Shown here: positions 47,168 to 60,098 of the stretch, one piece after another
Numbering within the stretch: the first letter of the stretch is position 1
Layout of the letters: each line of letters starts with the position of its first letter
Assembly (NCBI GenBank): GCA_030390025.1
Contig: JASTWF010000035.1
Span: 1,984,001-2,048,000 of the forward strand
Source: Squalus acanthias
Taxonomy: Eukaryota
DNA: 64,000 nucleotides
Direction of reading: 5' to 3'
Position numbers and translations under genes: made by a program
Notes under the pieces: generated by a model
What the model saw: the letters and a program-made list of their open reading frames with translations, nothing else
Told to the model about the DNA's origin: nothing
The model's database searches: none

Positions 47168-48357
47168 ATAGGCAAGGAAATCTTCACACTGAGCACACCC
47201 TCCATCGTGTTGTGTGGCACTACCACCATGCTAAATGGGATAGATTCAGCACAGATCTAGCAGCTCAAAACTGGACATCCATGAGGTGCTGTGGACCATC
47301 AGCAGCAGCAGAATTGTATTCCACCACAATCTGTAACCTCATGGCCCGGCATATCCCTCACTCTACCATTACCATCAAACCAGGCAACAACTCCTGCTTC
47401 AATGAAGAGTGTAGAAGAGTATGCCAGGAGCAACATCAGGTGTAATAGTAAGCTATAGACAGAACTAAGTGATCCCACAACCAACAGATCATATCAAAGC
47501 TCTGCAGTCCTGCCCCATCCAGTCGTGAATGGTGGTGGACAAGTAAACAACCAGCAGGAGGAGGAGGCTCCATGAACATGCTCATCCTCAATGATGGTGG
47601 AACCCAGCACGTGAGTGCAAAAGTCAAGGCTGAAGCGTTTGCAACCATCTTCAGCCAAAAGTGCCGAGTGGATGGTCCATCTCGGCCTACTCCTGATGTC
47701 CCCACCATCACAGATGCAAGTATCAGTCAATTCGTTTCACGCCACGTGACATCAAGAAACGGTTGAGCGCACTGGATACGGCAAAGCCAATAGGCCCCAA
47801 ACACATCCTGGTTGAAGACATGCTCCAGAACTAGCCACGCCTCTAGCCAAGCTGTTCCAATACAGCGACAACACTAGCATCTACCCGACAAAGTGGAAAA
47901 TTGCCCAGGTATGTCCTGTCTACAAAAAGCAGGACAAATCCAACCCGGCCAATTACTGCTCCAACAGCCGACTTTCAGTCATCAGCAAAGTGATGGAAGG
48001 TGTCGTCGACAGTGCTATCAAGCGGCACTTACTCACCAATAACCTGCTCACTGAAGCCCAGTTTGGGTTCCTCCAAGACCACTCGGCTCCCGACCTCATT
48101 ACAGCCTTGGTCCAAACAAGGACAAAAGAGCTGAATTCCAGAGGTGAGGTGAGAGTGACTGCCCTTGACATCAAGGCAGCATTTGACTGAGTGTGGCATC
48201 AAGGAGCCCTCGTAAAACTGAAGTCAATGGGAATCAGCGGGAATATCTTCACTGGCTGGAGTCACACCTAGTACAAAGAAAGGTTGTTGACGGACAATTA
48301 TCTCAGCTCCAGGACATTGCTGCAGGAGTTCCTCGGGGTAGTGTCCTAAGCCTAACA

Positions 48358-49137
48358 ATCATAGAATCATAGAATGGTTACAGCACAGAAGGAGGCCATT
48401 CGGCCTGTCGAGCCCGTGCCGGCTCTCTGCAAGAGCACTTCAGCTAGTCCCACTCCCCCGCACTTTCCACCTAGTCCTACATTTTTCTTTCCTTCAGGTA
48501 CTTATCCAATTCCCTTTTGAAAGCCATGATTGAGTCTGCCTCCACCACCCTTTCAGGCAGTGCATTCCAGATCATAACCACTCGCTGCGTAAAACAGTTT
48601 CTCCTCATGTCGCCTTTGGTTCTTTTGCCAATCACCTTAAATCTGTGTCCTCTGGTTCTCGACCCTTCCGCCAATGGGAGCAGTTTCTCTCTGTCTACTC
48701 TGTCTGGACCCCTCATGATCTTGAATACCTCGATCAAATTTCCTCTCAACCTTCTTTGCTCTCCAGTCTATCCACGAAACTGAAGACCCTCATCCCTGAA
48801 ATCATTCTTGTAAATCTTTTCTGCACCCTCTCTAAAGCCTTCACATCCTTCTTAAAGTGCAGTGCCCAGAAATGAACACAATACTCTAGTTGAAGTGATT
48901 GGCAATGTTTTATAAAGGTTCATCATAACTTCCTTGCTTTTGTACTCTATACCTCTATTTATGAAGCCCAGGATCCCATATGCTTTTTTAACTGCGTTCT
49001 CAACCTGCCCTGCCAACTTCAATGATTTGTGCACATATATCCCCAGGTCACTCTGTTCATGCACCCCCTTTAGGATTGTACCCTTTAGTTTAGATTGCCT
49101 TTCCTCGTTCTTCCTACCAAAATGTATCACTTCATCT
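48358..49137 (-). mobile_element. 5'-truncated CR1 LINE
   Basis: ORFs 48477-48749 and 48852-49130; tail ATCATAGA on +; AATCAT at both junctions. Confidence 0.9.
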
Positions 49138-49471
49138 AATCATCTTCAGCTGCTCTATCAATGACCTTCCCTCCATCATAAGGTCAGAAGTGGGGATGTT
49201 TGTTGATGATTGCGCAGTATTCAGTTCCATTCGCAATTCCTCAGATAATGAAGCATTCCATGCCCACATGCAGCAAGACCTGGACAACATTCAGGCTTGG
49301 GCTGAAAAGTGGCAAATAACATTCGCGTCACACAAGTGCCAGGCTGAACTATCACCAACAAGACACCTCCCCTTGACATTCAATGGCATTCCCACCATTG
49401 AATCCACAATCATCATGTCCTGTGGTCATGATTAACCAGAAACTTACCTGGACTGCCCACATAAATACTAT

Positions 49472-50360
49472 GGGGGAAAAATTTGGTTGCTTTGCGCCTC
49501 CCGTTAGTGCCCTAAGAGGGCGCTAATGGAGCGCAAAGCAACTAGTGCCCGGGCGCAGCGATGTTTGCGCCACTCGCGAAATTGACCAGTCGTTTTGCGG
49601 CGGCACTAAACACTACCGCCACGATCTCCTGCGCCGGCAGATCGTGACGTCAGTCGAGTGCGCAACGCCCCAGTAGCGCCCCGGACCGGATATTGAGTGG
49701 CGCCCCCTGCCTTACCGCCTGCCGTGAGCAACGACAGGTTGAGGGGAACGTTTTGCAGTCAGGAAGGGACTGGGGGAGCGCTATTTAAAGGCGACCGCTT
49801 CCCGCCTTTTTTTGTTGGCGACATTTTTGCACCACGCATTCTAAGAGAGAGAGACTTCTGGAGAGATTCAACGCCGTGTGAAGGAGTTTTGGGTACTGAG
49901 CAGCACTTTGCAGGTTCATTTTGATTTGACCTTCCTTGCATCGATTTAGAAGAGTCCATGGGGGCTGCACTCTGAGCTCTTTCCCTGGGCCTCTCCATTG
50001 TTCTTTCCAGCAGATTTGATGTGCAGGTCTCTCCAGGCCGAGATTCAAGGCTGCAATGAGCAGGATGTGGATGGAGAGCAAGATCGACCCTCCCCTTTAT
50101 GAACTTGGCCAGCGCCATTGTGTCTGTGTTCCATTGCTGACTGACATCACATGAGCTTCGCCAGCGCTCTGAGGTAGCGCCTCGCTCCTCGGCCTTTGCG
50201 CCTTAAGACAGGTGTGTAGCCCCTGATTTAGCTCTCCAATCACCTCCAGGGGCGATAGAAGCCAAGTTTGCAGTCGGAGGCAATAATTAGCGCCAGGCGT
50301 TAAACCTTGCGCCCGGCCGATAATTGCACCCCAAACGGGGCGATACCGAATTTCTCCCCC
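49472..50360 (+). mobile_element. Harbinger-type MITE, family B copy 1
   Basis: TIRs GGGGGAAAAATT / AATTTCTCCCCC; TSD TAT; homologous over its full length to 54230-55111. Confidence 0.9.
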
Positions 50361-51660
50361 TATGACTGTTGTTACAAGAGCAGGTCAGAGGCTGGGTATT
50401 CTGCGGCGAGTGACTCACCTCCTGATTCCCTAAAGCCTTTCCACCATCTACAAGGCAGAAGTCAGGAGTGTTTTGGAATACTCTCCATTTGCCTGGATGA
50501 GTGCAGCTCCAACAACACTCAGAAGCTTGACACCAACCAGGACAAAGCATCCCACTTGATTGGCACCCCATCCACCACCTTAAACATTCACTCCCTCCAC
50601 CACCGGCATTCGTGGCTGCAGTGTGCACCATCTACAAGATGCACTGCAGCAACTCACCAAGGCTTCTTTGACAGCATCTCCCAAACCCGCGACCTCTTCC
50701 ACCTAGAAGGACAATGGTAGCAGGCGCATGGGAACACCACCACCTCCATGTTCCCCTCCAAGTCACACATCATCCTGACTTGGAAATATATCGCCGTTCC
50801 TTCATCGTTGCTCGGTCAAAATCCTGGAACTCCCTCCCTAACAGCACTGTGGGAGTACCTTCACCACACGGACTGCAGCGGTTTAAGAAGGCGGCTCACC
50901 ACCACCTTCTCAAGGGCAACTAGGGATGGGCAATAAGTAAACATAAGGCAATAAAATAGTTACATAAATGACATATCTGCAACATAACTGAGACCGCCTA
51001 TTTCCACCTCACAACATCGCCCGTCTCCACCCCTGCCTCAGCTCATCTGCTGCTGAAACCCTCATCCATGCCTTTGTTACCTCGAGATTGGCTATTGTAA
51101 TGCACTCTTGGCCAACCTCCCATGTTCTACCCTCCGTAAACTTGAGGTCATCCAAAAACCGAGTCCTAACTCGCACCAAGTCCCGTTCACCCATCACCCC
51201 TGTGCTCGCTGACCTACATTGGCTCCCGGTTAAGCAACACCTCGATTTTTAAATTCCCATCCTTATTTTCATATCCCTTCATGGCCTCGCCCCTCCTATA
51301 TCTAATCTCCTCCAGCCCCACAACCCCCCGAGATATCTGCGCTCCTCTAATTCTGGCCTGTTGAGAATCCCCGATTGTAATCGCGCCACCATTGGTGGCT
51401 GTGCCTTCAGCTGCCCAGATCCTAAGCTCTGGAATTTCCTGCCTAAACCTCTCCGCCTCTCTACCTCTCTTTCCTCCTTTAAGATGCTCCTTAAAACCTA
51501 CCTCTTTGACCAAGCTTTTGGTCACCTGCTATAATTTCTCCTTATGTGGATTGGTGTCAAATTTTGCTTTAGCGCATCAGCTGTGGCTCAGTGGGCAGCA
51601 CACTCGCCTCTGATTCAGAAGGTTGTGGGTTCAAGTCCCACTCCAGCAACTTGAGCTCAT

Positions 51661-52421
51661 GGCCCAGAAATTTGACTCCGAGTCTTGCCGCGGGGGTAAG
51701 GATCCCCCGCGATATCACACTCCGCGCCGGCCGTTGTGTTTCAGGCCCACACGAACTTCAGCTCCTGGGCCTCTCCCTGGTGCCGGCGCGCAGTGTGTGC
51801 GTGTCCCAGGGGCGCAGTTAGTTTGATGCGACCTCTGGGATCACGTGGGCCATGGTGAGCCAATGGCAGCACACCATCTTTCATTCATAGCTTTGACAGG
51901 AGAACTGTCAAAACTATGAATACAAATTGCCCCCAAAAGAACAGCTAAACCTCAAATAAATTTAAAAAACCATCACATTAATAAAATAACTATAGTTAAA
52001 TAAATTAACCACTTTAAACAAAAATTTAAATTTTTGAAAAAATTTAAATTCTTTTTAAAAGTTATAAAAATAAACTTACCTTTCTTTAAAGTCTCTAAAA
52101 AAGATAAACCTGTTGAAAAAAATTAAAAATAATACTTAATTAACTACTTACCTTGTTAAAAGGGGGTCTTACGCCTCCTTTCTTCATGTGTAAAATCTTC
52201 CATACTTACCTTCGTGTTGAAACCTGAAAAAAAACCTAAGTGTGCTGCGTGCGCGCAGCCTCTAGTGCGCACGTGGTTCACTTAGGAACCGCCCCCTTCG
52301 CCATACCCGAAGTGCCGGTTTCCCGCGCATGCGCAGTGCATGCAGGAAACCGGCACTTCGGGAACGAATATGCGAGAGTACACAGTGCATACTCTCCCGT
52401 ATTCAGCCGAATTTTTGGGCT
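51661..52421 (-). mobile_element. Harbinger-type MITE, family A copy 2
   Basis: Reverse complement of 22714-23462; TSD CAT (51658-51660, 52422-52424). Confidence 0.9.
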
Positions 52422-52698
52422 CATATACCTAGGCTGACATTCCAGTGCAGTGCTGAGGGAGCGCTGCACTGTCAAAGGTTCCGTCTTTCAGATGAGACAC
52501 TAAAGCGAGGCCCCGTCTGCTCTCTCAGGTGGACATAAAAGATCCCATGGCACTATTTCGAAGAACAGCAGGGGAGTTATCCCTGGTGTAGTGGCCAATT
52601 TTTATCCCTCAATGAACATAACAAAAACAGATTATCTGGTCATTATCACATTGCTGTTTATGGGAGCTTGCTGTGCACAAATTGGCTGACACATTACA

Positions 52699-52952
52699 TA
52701 GAAAGTAACATAGAATCTCGGAGCAGGAGTAGGCCATTCGGCCCGTCGAGCCTGCTCCACCATTCAATACGATCATGGCTGATCATTCAAATCCAGTACC
52801 CTGTCCCTGCTTTAATCCCCACAGTACACATATCCCACCCTACCCCCGTAACCCCACGTATTTAATTCCCCCTAACATATCCCATCACCCCACATATTTA
52901 ATCCCCCCCTAACACTAAGGGTCAATTTATCATAGCCAAATCAACCTAACCC
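52699..52952 (-). mobile_element. 5'-truncated copy of the V-SINE seen at 21860-22304
   Basis: Same composite tail; ACACATTACA duplicated at 52689-52698 and 52953-52962. Confidence 0.88.
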
Positions 52953-53137
52953 ACACATTACAACAGTGACTACACTCCAAGAAGTACTTCATTGGTTGAA
53001 AAGTGCTTTCAGATGTCTGGTGGTGGTGAAAGGCGCTATATAAACGTAGGTCTTTCTTTATAACACTCCTGTGAAGCACCTTGGGCCGTTTTATTACATT
53101 AAAGGTGCGATATAAATTCAAGTTGTTGTTGTTGTTG

Positions 53138-53340
53138 TGAGTCACTCGCTGCACAATACCCGGCCTCTGACCTGTTCTGGTAGCCACAGTATGTGTGTGG
53201 CTGGTCCACTTAAGTTTCTGGTCAATGGTGACCCCCAGGATGTTGATGGTGGGGATTCGGTGATGGTGATCCCGTTCAATGTCAAGGGGAGGTGGCTGGA
53301 CTCTCTGGTTGGAGATGGTCATTGCCTGGCACTTGTGAAT
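53138..53340 (-). mobile_element. Fragment of LINE lineage Z
   Basis: HKCQAMTISN...INILGVTIDQKLKWTSH in ORF 52930-53352; homologous to ~49330-49470. Confidence 0.8.
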
Positions 53341-53388
53341 GTCCATATACACAACATCAACTGCACTACCCTCATCAACCCGTTACGT

Positions 53389-55862
53389 CCCTGCCTTCTC
53401 CCCATATCCCTTGATCCCTTTAGCCTTAAGAAATATATCTAACTCCTTCTTGAATATATTTACTGACTTGGCCTCAACTGCCTTCTGTGGTAGAGAATTC
53501 CACAGGTTCACCACTCTCTGGGTGAAGAAATTCCTCCTCATCTCTGTCCTAAATGGCTTACCCCTTATCTTTAGACTGTGACCTCTTGTTCTGGACTCAC
53601 CCGCCATCGGGAACATCCTTCCTGCATCCAGTCTGTCTAGCCCTTTCAGAATTTTATAAGTTTCAATGAGATCACCTCTCATTCTTCTAAACTCCAGCGA
53701 GTATAAGCCTAATCGACCCAATCTCTCCTCGTATGTCATTCCTGCCATCCCAGGTATCAGTCTGGTGAATCTTCGTTGCACACCCTCCATGGCAAGAACA
53801 TCCTTCCTCAGATAAGGCGACCAAAACTGCACACAATACTCAAGGTGTGGTCTCATCCAAGGCCCTGTACAGCTGCAGCAAGACATCCTTGTTCCTGTAC
53901 TCAAACCCTCTCGCTACGAAGGCCAACATACCATTTGCCTTCTTAACCGCCTGCTGTACCTGCATGCTTACCTTCAGCGACTGGTGCACAAGGACACCCA
54001 GGTCTCGTTACACTTTCCCTTCTCCCAATCTATTGCCGTTCAGATAATAATCTGCCTTCCTGTTTTTGCCACCAAAGTGGATAACCTCGCATTTATCCAC
54101 ATTATACTGCATCTGCCATGCTTCTGCCCAATCACCCAACCTGTCCAAATCATACTGGAGTTTCTCGGCATCCTCCTCACAACACACACGCCCACCCAGC
54201 TTTGTGTCATCTGCAAACTTGGAGATATTGGGGGAAAAATTCAGTTGGTTGCGCCTCCCGTTAGCGCCTTAAGAGGGCGCTAATGGGGCGCAAAGCATCT
54301 GGCGCCAAGGCGCGGCAAAGTTTGCGCCGCTCGCGAAATTAACTAGACATTTTGCGGCGGCGCTGAACACTACCGCCACCATCTCCTGCGCCGGAAGATC
54401 GTGACGTCACTCGAGTGCGCAACGCCCCGGAGTGGATATTCAGTGGCGCCCCCTGCCTTACCGCCTGACGCTATCAACGACAGGTTGAGGGGAGCGTTCT
54501 GCAGTCATGTAGGGAAAGGGGGATCGCTATTTAAAGGTGACCGCTTCCTGCCTTTTATTGTTGGTGCCATTTTTGAACCACACATTCTGAGAGAGAGAGG
54601 GAGAGACTTCTGGAGAGATTCAACGTTGTGTGAAGGAGTTTTGGGTACTGAGCAGTACTTTGCAGGTTCATTTTGATTTGCCATTCCTTGTATCGATTTA
54701 GCAGAGATTGTGGGGGCTGCACTCTGAGCTCTTTGCCTGGTACTCTCCATTGTTCTTTCCAGCACATTTGATGTGCAGGTCTCTCCAGGCCGAGATTCAA
54801 GGCTGCAATGAGCAGGATGTGGATGGAAAGCAAGATTAACCATCCCCTTTAAGAACTGGCCCGTGCCATTGTGTGTGTGTTCCATTGCTGACTGACATCA
54901 CATGAGCTTCGCCAGCGCTCTGAGGTAGCGCCTCGCCCCTCGGCCTTTGCGCCTTAAGACAGGTGTGAGGCGCCTGATTTAGCGCTGCAATCACCTCCAG
55001 GGGCGATAAAAGTCAAGTTTGCAGTCGGTGGCGATAATTAGCGCCAGGCGCTAATCTTTGCGCCCGGCCGATAATTGCGCCCCAAATGGGGCGATACTGA
55101 ATTTCTCCCCCATTACATCTAGTTCCCTTGTCTAGATCATTAATATATATAGTGAATAGCTGGGGTTCTAGGACCGATCCCTGCAGAACCCCACTAGTCA
55201 CTGCCTGCCACTCGGAAAAAGACCCATTTATTGCAACTCTTTGCTTCCTGTCTGCCAACCAGTTCTCTATCCAAGTCAGTACCTTGCCCCCAATCCCATG
55301 TGCCTTAAATTTACACGCTAATCTCTTATGCGGGACCTTATCAAAAGCCTTCTGAAAGTCCAAATACACCACATTCACTGGTTCTCCCTTATCTATTCTA
55401 TCAGTTACATCCTCAAAAAATTCCAGTAGATTAGTCAAGCACGATTTACCTTTTGTAAATCCATGTTGACTTTGTCCAACCCTGTCACTGTTTTCCAAGT
55501 GCTCTGCTATTACATCTTTTATAATGGACTCTAGCATTTTCCCCACTACCGATGTCAGGCTTACCGGTCTATAATTCCCCGTTTTTTCTTTACCATCTTT
55601 TTTGAACAGTGGGGTTACATTAGCTACCCGCCAATCCATGGGAACTGTTCCAGAGTCTATAGAATTTTGGAAGATTACCAGCAATGCATCTACTATTTCT
55701 ATGGCCACTTCTTAAGTACCCTAGGATGTAGATTATCAGGCCCTGGGGATTTATCGGCCTTTAATGCCATCAATTTCCCTAACACCATTTCCCTACAAAT
55801 ACTGATTTCATTCAGTTCCTCCCTCTCATTAGACCCTATGTTCCCCGACATCTCTGGGAGAT
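53389..55862 (-). mobile_element. CR1 LINE 'G' (same family as B and C), truncated at both ends, split by a MITE
   Basis: ORFs 53383-53904 and 55013-55708; highly similar to CR1-B. Confidence 0.93.
54230..55111 (+). mobile_element. Harbinger-type MITE, family B copy 2
   Basis: TIRs GGGGGAAAAATTCAG / CTGAATTTCTCCCCC; TSD ATT. Confidence 0.92.
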
Positions 55863-55863
55863 T

Positions 55864-56160
55864 GTGGCCAGAGTCTCCGCAATTTCCACCCTTGCTTCCC
55901 TCAGGAACCTAGGATGCATCCCACCCAGACCAGGTGACTATTCTACTTTGAGGACTGGCAACCTTTTAAGTACCTCCTCTTTATCTATTTTTATCCTGTC
56001 AAATATCGCTAATGTCTCCTGCTGTACTGCTACATTGCCAGCATCCTCCTCTCTAGTGAAGGCAGATGCAAATGCTGATTTACAACCTCAGCCATGCCCT
56101 CTCCCTCCACAAGAAGATCTCCATTTGGTCCCTAATCGGCCCCACCCTTCCTTTGACCAC
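55864..56160 (-). mobile_element. Old CR1 ORF2 fragment
   Basis: Minus strand reads SPGLGGMHPRFLREARVEIAETL. Confidence 0.75.
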
Positions 56161-57210
56161 CCGCCTTCATCCTTTTCCACTTTCCCAATCGACAACCGTT
56201 CATTGTGTACACATGAAGTGAGAGTAAAGACTGCAGACAGTAAATCTAATCAATCTAGAATTTTATTGCTTCAAGTATTCACTGTAGGTTAATTACACGT
56301 AATGTAGCGCTAGAGACTTTAAATATGCAAATCAAAGCATATGTTTCAGTTTATTGTAACAATCATCAGCAAATAAAATGAGATAATGTTTATAGGAGCA
56401 GAATATCTCACTGACATTCTTTCTGTGCAAACAAGCAACTTTGCAGCAGTGGTTCCTTTGTACAGGTTTTTTGCTTCTCTCCTCTTTACGTGCATTACAG
56501 TATAAACGTGACAGAAAGATTCCCTGAGCTTTACCAGTCAGGATCAAATGATTCTTTCTCCCTGTACATAGTGTGCAGCACAGGAGTGTGACAGTGTAGT
56601 GCAGCTTCCAAACACAATGCTGCCTTTCTCAGTATGTGCTGAAATGCTGTCATGTTAAGAGATACTGGCCTCAGGATGATGTGGTGGTGCCGTGCTTTAT
56701 GGCACTAGCATGTGGCACCAATGTACAGATACAAGTTCAACTTTCACTGGGTCTTCATTACAGGGATTCACCAACAAAGCTACTATTTGTACAGCTATTA
56801 AAGGAGAAGGAAAGTCCAGGGCAATACTTTCGTAAATATAGTTTGAAAAATGTTTAGATCTCCATGGGCAGCATTCCTGAGAACATTTAGATATAATGGG
56901 TGAGACATTGGGCTCTCCAGTGCCCGTTTTTAGGCACCATTCAGCTCCCTAATGCTCGAAAATGGGAAGTGCGCTGGACGCCATCTTGGTAAAGGGGTTT
57001 GTGCGCGTGCACCTAACGACCACCGACTAAATGCACAGCAGGTAGATTATGACATCAATCAGTGTACAATGCTGATTTGACACCAGCGCTGCCATTTTCG
57101 AACTCCACGCTCCAGCCTATGCCCTGTCTTAACCTCGCACAGCTGAACACAAGTTAAAATGAAGGACCCTCCACCAGAGCTGTTTAAAGGGATCATTAAC
57201 TACTTACAGG

Positions 57211-60098
57211 TCATAGAGTCATAGGCCTAAAAATTTGATTACTTTGCACCTCCCGTTAGAGCCCTAACAGGGCGCTAACGAACTAGTGCCTGGGCGCAGC
57301 GCCGCCAACGCCTCCCGCTAAATTCAGCGGGAGGTTAGCAGCGGCGGTAACCGTTAGCGCCCCGTGGCACTGCGCCACTGGCGATGATGTCATCGCCATG
57401 CGCAGCGCCCCGCTCGCGATCTTCGGTAGCGCCCCCTGACTTACCGCCGGATGCTATGTCCGACGGGGTCAGACAGGCTTGGCTGCGGCCGGGGCGGCGG
57501 AAATTAAAGGGGAGGTGCCGGGCGGCCATTTTTGTTGCTGGACACCTGCCAGCACCTGCCTCCTATGCCGAACCCAGCCTCCTCTGCAGCCCCTGCCACG
57601 GATTGCCGGCTGCGCTCTGTGAGTGCCGGGCTCTTTTGCCGGCACTCCGATCCCTGGTGGCCCAGCTGGGCTCCAGGTCACGGTGCGCTACGCCCCTCCC
57701 CTTTAAAAAGGGGAGGAAGGCCTGCAGTGCCGCGGCGCGACGTGCCGCAGCGCAGCGCCCCAAGGGGGAGGCGAGGTGCTTCCAGTAGTGCCCTGCCTCC
57801 CTCTTGGGGTGCTACCGGTTCAATTGCGGCTGCGGGGGCACTAATTTTCTCGGTGCGCTAAAGGTAGACCCCCGGCAAAGTTAGCGGCCCAGAGGGGGCG
57901 CGACTCAATTTTTCCCACATAGAGACATAACCGCACAGAAGGAGGCCATTCAGCCATCGAGTCTGTGCTGGCTCTCTGTAGAGCAATCCAGTCAGTCCCA
58001 TTCCCCCGCTCTATCCCCGTAGCCCTGCAACTTTATTTCCCTCAAGTGCCTATCCAGTCTCCCCTTGAAAACATTGAGTCTCTCCGCTTCCACCACTTCC
58101 GTCGGCAGCGAGTTCCAGGTCCTCACCACTCGCTGCATAAACAAGTTTTTCTTCACATCCCCCCTATATCTCTTGCCCAAAACCTTAAATGTGTGTCCCC
58201 TAGTCCTTGTACCATCAACTAGTGGGAACAGCCTTTCCCCATCTAGCCTATCCAAACCCGTCATAATCTTGTACGCCTCTATCAAATCACCCCTCAACCT
58301 CCTTTGCTCTAATGAAAACAAATCCAGCTTCTCCAACCTGTCCTTGTACCTAAGATCCCCCATCGCCGGAACCATTCTGGTAAATCTCCTCTCCAGGGCC
58401 TTCACATCCTTCCTAAAGTGTGGTGACCAGAACTGGATGCAATACTCCAGTTATGGCCTAACCAGCACTTTATAAAGGTTCAGCATAACTTCTCTACTTT
58501 TGTACTCAATACCTCTATTTATGAAGTCCAAGATCCCATATGCTTGGCTAACCACTCTCTCAATATGTCCTGCCACCTTCAGGGACCTATGCACATTAAC
58601 TCCCAGGTCCCTCTGTCCCTGCACACTCTTTAAAACTGTGCCATTAAGTGTATATTGCCTCTCCCTGTTCCTTCTGCCAAAATGCATCACCTCACACTTC
58701 TCTGTATTAAATTCCATCTGCCACTTGTCTGCCCATTCTGCTAGCCTTTCTATGTCCTGTTGCAGTCGATTGGTATCATCATCACTGTTTTCCATACCCT
58801 CAAGTTTGGTGTCATCGGCAAATTTAGAAATTCTACTCTGCATTCCAATATCCAGGTCATTTATAAATATCAAAAAAAGCAGTGGCCCCAGCACTGACCC
58901 TTGGGGAACACCACTGTCTACCATCCCCCAGTCTGAAAAACAGCCATTTACCACGACTTGCTGTTTTCTGTCCTAAAGCCAATTCCTTATCCAAGCTGCC
59001 ACTGACCCACCTATTCCATGAGCCTCAATTTTGTTAACCAGCCTTCTATGTGCTACTTTGTCAAATGCCTTCCGAAAATCCATATAGACAACATCCATTG
59101 CATTCCCTTCATCAATCCTCCCTGTTACTTCATCAAAAAATTCAATTAGATTAGTCAAACACGATCTGCCTTTAACAAATCCGTGTTGGCTTTCCTTAAT
59201 TAGCTTAAACCTCTCCAAGTGCCTGATAATTTTTCCCTTGATTATTGTTTCTAAAACTTTGCCCACCACTGATGCTAAACTGACCGGCCTGTAGTTACTA
59301 GGATTGTCCCTACACCATTACTTGAACAATGGTGTCACATTTGCCACTTTCCAATCCTCAGGCACCTCCCCCGCATCTAGGGAAGATTGGAAAATTATAG
59401 CAAGCCCTTCCGCTACCTCCTCCCCCAATTCCCTTAGCAACCTGGGATGCAAGCCATCTGGACCAAGCGATTTATCCACTCTAAGCATACCCAGCCTTTC
59501 TAGTACTTCCTGTCTATCAATTTTCACCCCTTCCTTTGCTTCTACCTTTTCCACTTCTACTGATATTTTGTCAGCATCCACCTCCTTAGTAAACACCGAT
59601 ACAAAGTACTCATTGAATATTCTAGCCTTGCCCTGCGCCTCTAAGCATATATCACCTTCTTTGTCCCTAATAGGCCCCACCCCGCCTCTTACTACCCGCT
59701 TACTGTTTACATGCTGGTAGAAGATTTTTGGGTTCCCTTTTGTGTTAACCGCCATTCTACTCTCATATTCTCTCTTTGCCAATCTTATTTTCATCTTCAC
59801 TTGCCCTCTCAACTTATTGTATTTGGTCTGGTTCTCCCTTGAAGAATTCACCTGACCTGCATCATACATCCTCTTTTTTTGTTTCATCATCTTCTCTATC
59901 TCCCTCGTCATCCAAGGAGCCTTTGCTTTGTTTCCCTTACTCTTCCCTCTTGTTGGAATGTACCTAGCCTGTACTTGGAACATCTCCTCCTTAAGATCAC
60001 CCATTGTTCCGTTACAGTTTTTCCTGTCAGTCTTTGGTTCCATTTTACCCTGGCTAGATCCCTTCGCATCCCATTGAAGTTAGCCTTATTCCAGTTTA
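57211..60098 (-). mobile_element. 5'-truncated CR1 of the CR1-A family
   Basis: ORFs 57992-58405, 58451-58954, 58973-59269, 59318-60043; tail TCATAGAG on +. Confidence 0.93.
57224..57918 (+). mobile_element. GC-rich Harbinger-type MITE related to family B, inserted in a CR1 tail
   Basis: Ends GGCCTAAAAATT / AATTTTTCCCAC; TSD ATA; left subterminal CCTCCCGTTAG..CCCTAA.AGGGCGCTAA shared with family B. Confidence 0.8.

Larger units (their letters stand above)
44960..50937 (+). mobile_element. Old, degraded LINE of a second CR1-group lineage ('Z'), endonuclease through 3' end, hosting four insertions
   Basis: QQPDIVILTESYL, RQDRPTRGGG, QFGF, ALDIKAAFD, MFVDD, KSWNSLP found in order across ORF fragments. 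Confidence 0.85.
51571..53059 (+). mobile_element. tRNA-headed DeuSINE (SacSINE1-like), interrupted by a MITE and a V-SINE
   Basis: A box TGGCTCAGTGG, B box GGTTCAAGTCC; Deu-domain-like GATGAGAC..AAAGCGAGGCCCC...AAAGATCCCATGGCACTATTTCGAAGAA; L2-like 3' end AAAGGCGCTATATAAA. Confidence 0.82.
50985..53138 (+). mobile_element. L2 LINE 3' fragment (50985-51570, with tail at ~53060-53138)
   Basis: AETLIHAFVTSRL, LHWLPV, LWNFLP, FKMLLKTYLF; (GTT)n tail. Confidence 0.88.

Noticed and set aside
56332..56857. Host gene exons (ORFs 56332-56547, 56636-56857; also 42684-43025)
   Set aside because: Short, no recognisable domain, no coherent splice-site pair
57224..57918. CpG-island promoter or GC-rich coding exon (ORFs 57384-57788, 57532-57861)
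   Set aside because: Bounded by TIR-like ends and a 3-bp TSD inside a CR1 tail; the ORFs are low-complexity and match no family I recognise
19135..59720. Numerous antisense ORFs overlapping CR1 ORF2
   Set aside because: Shadow frames of RT coding sequence, recurring only because the elements are homologous
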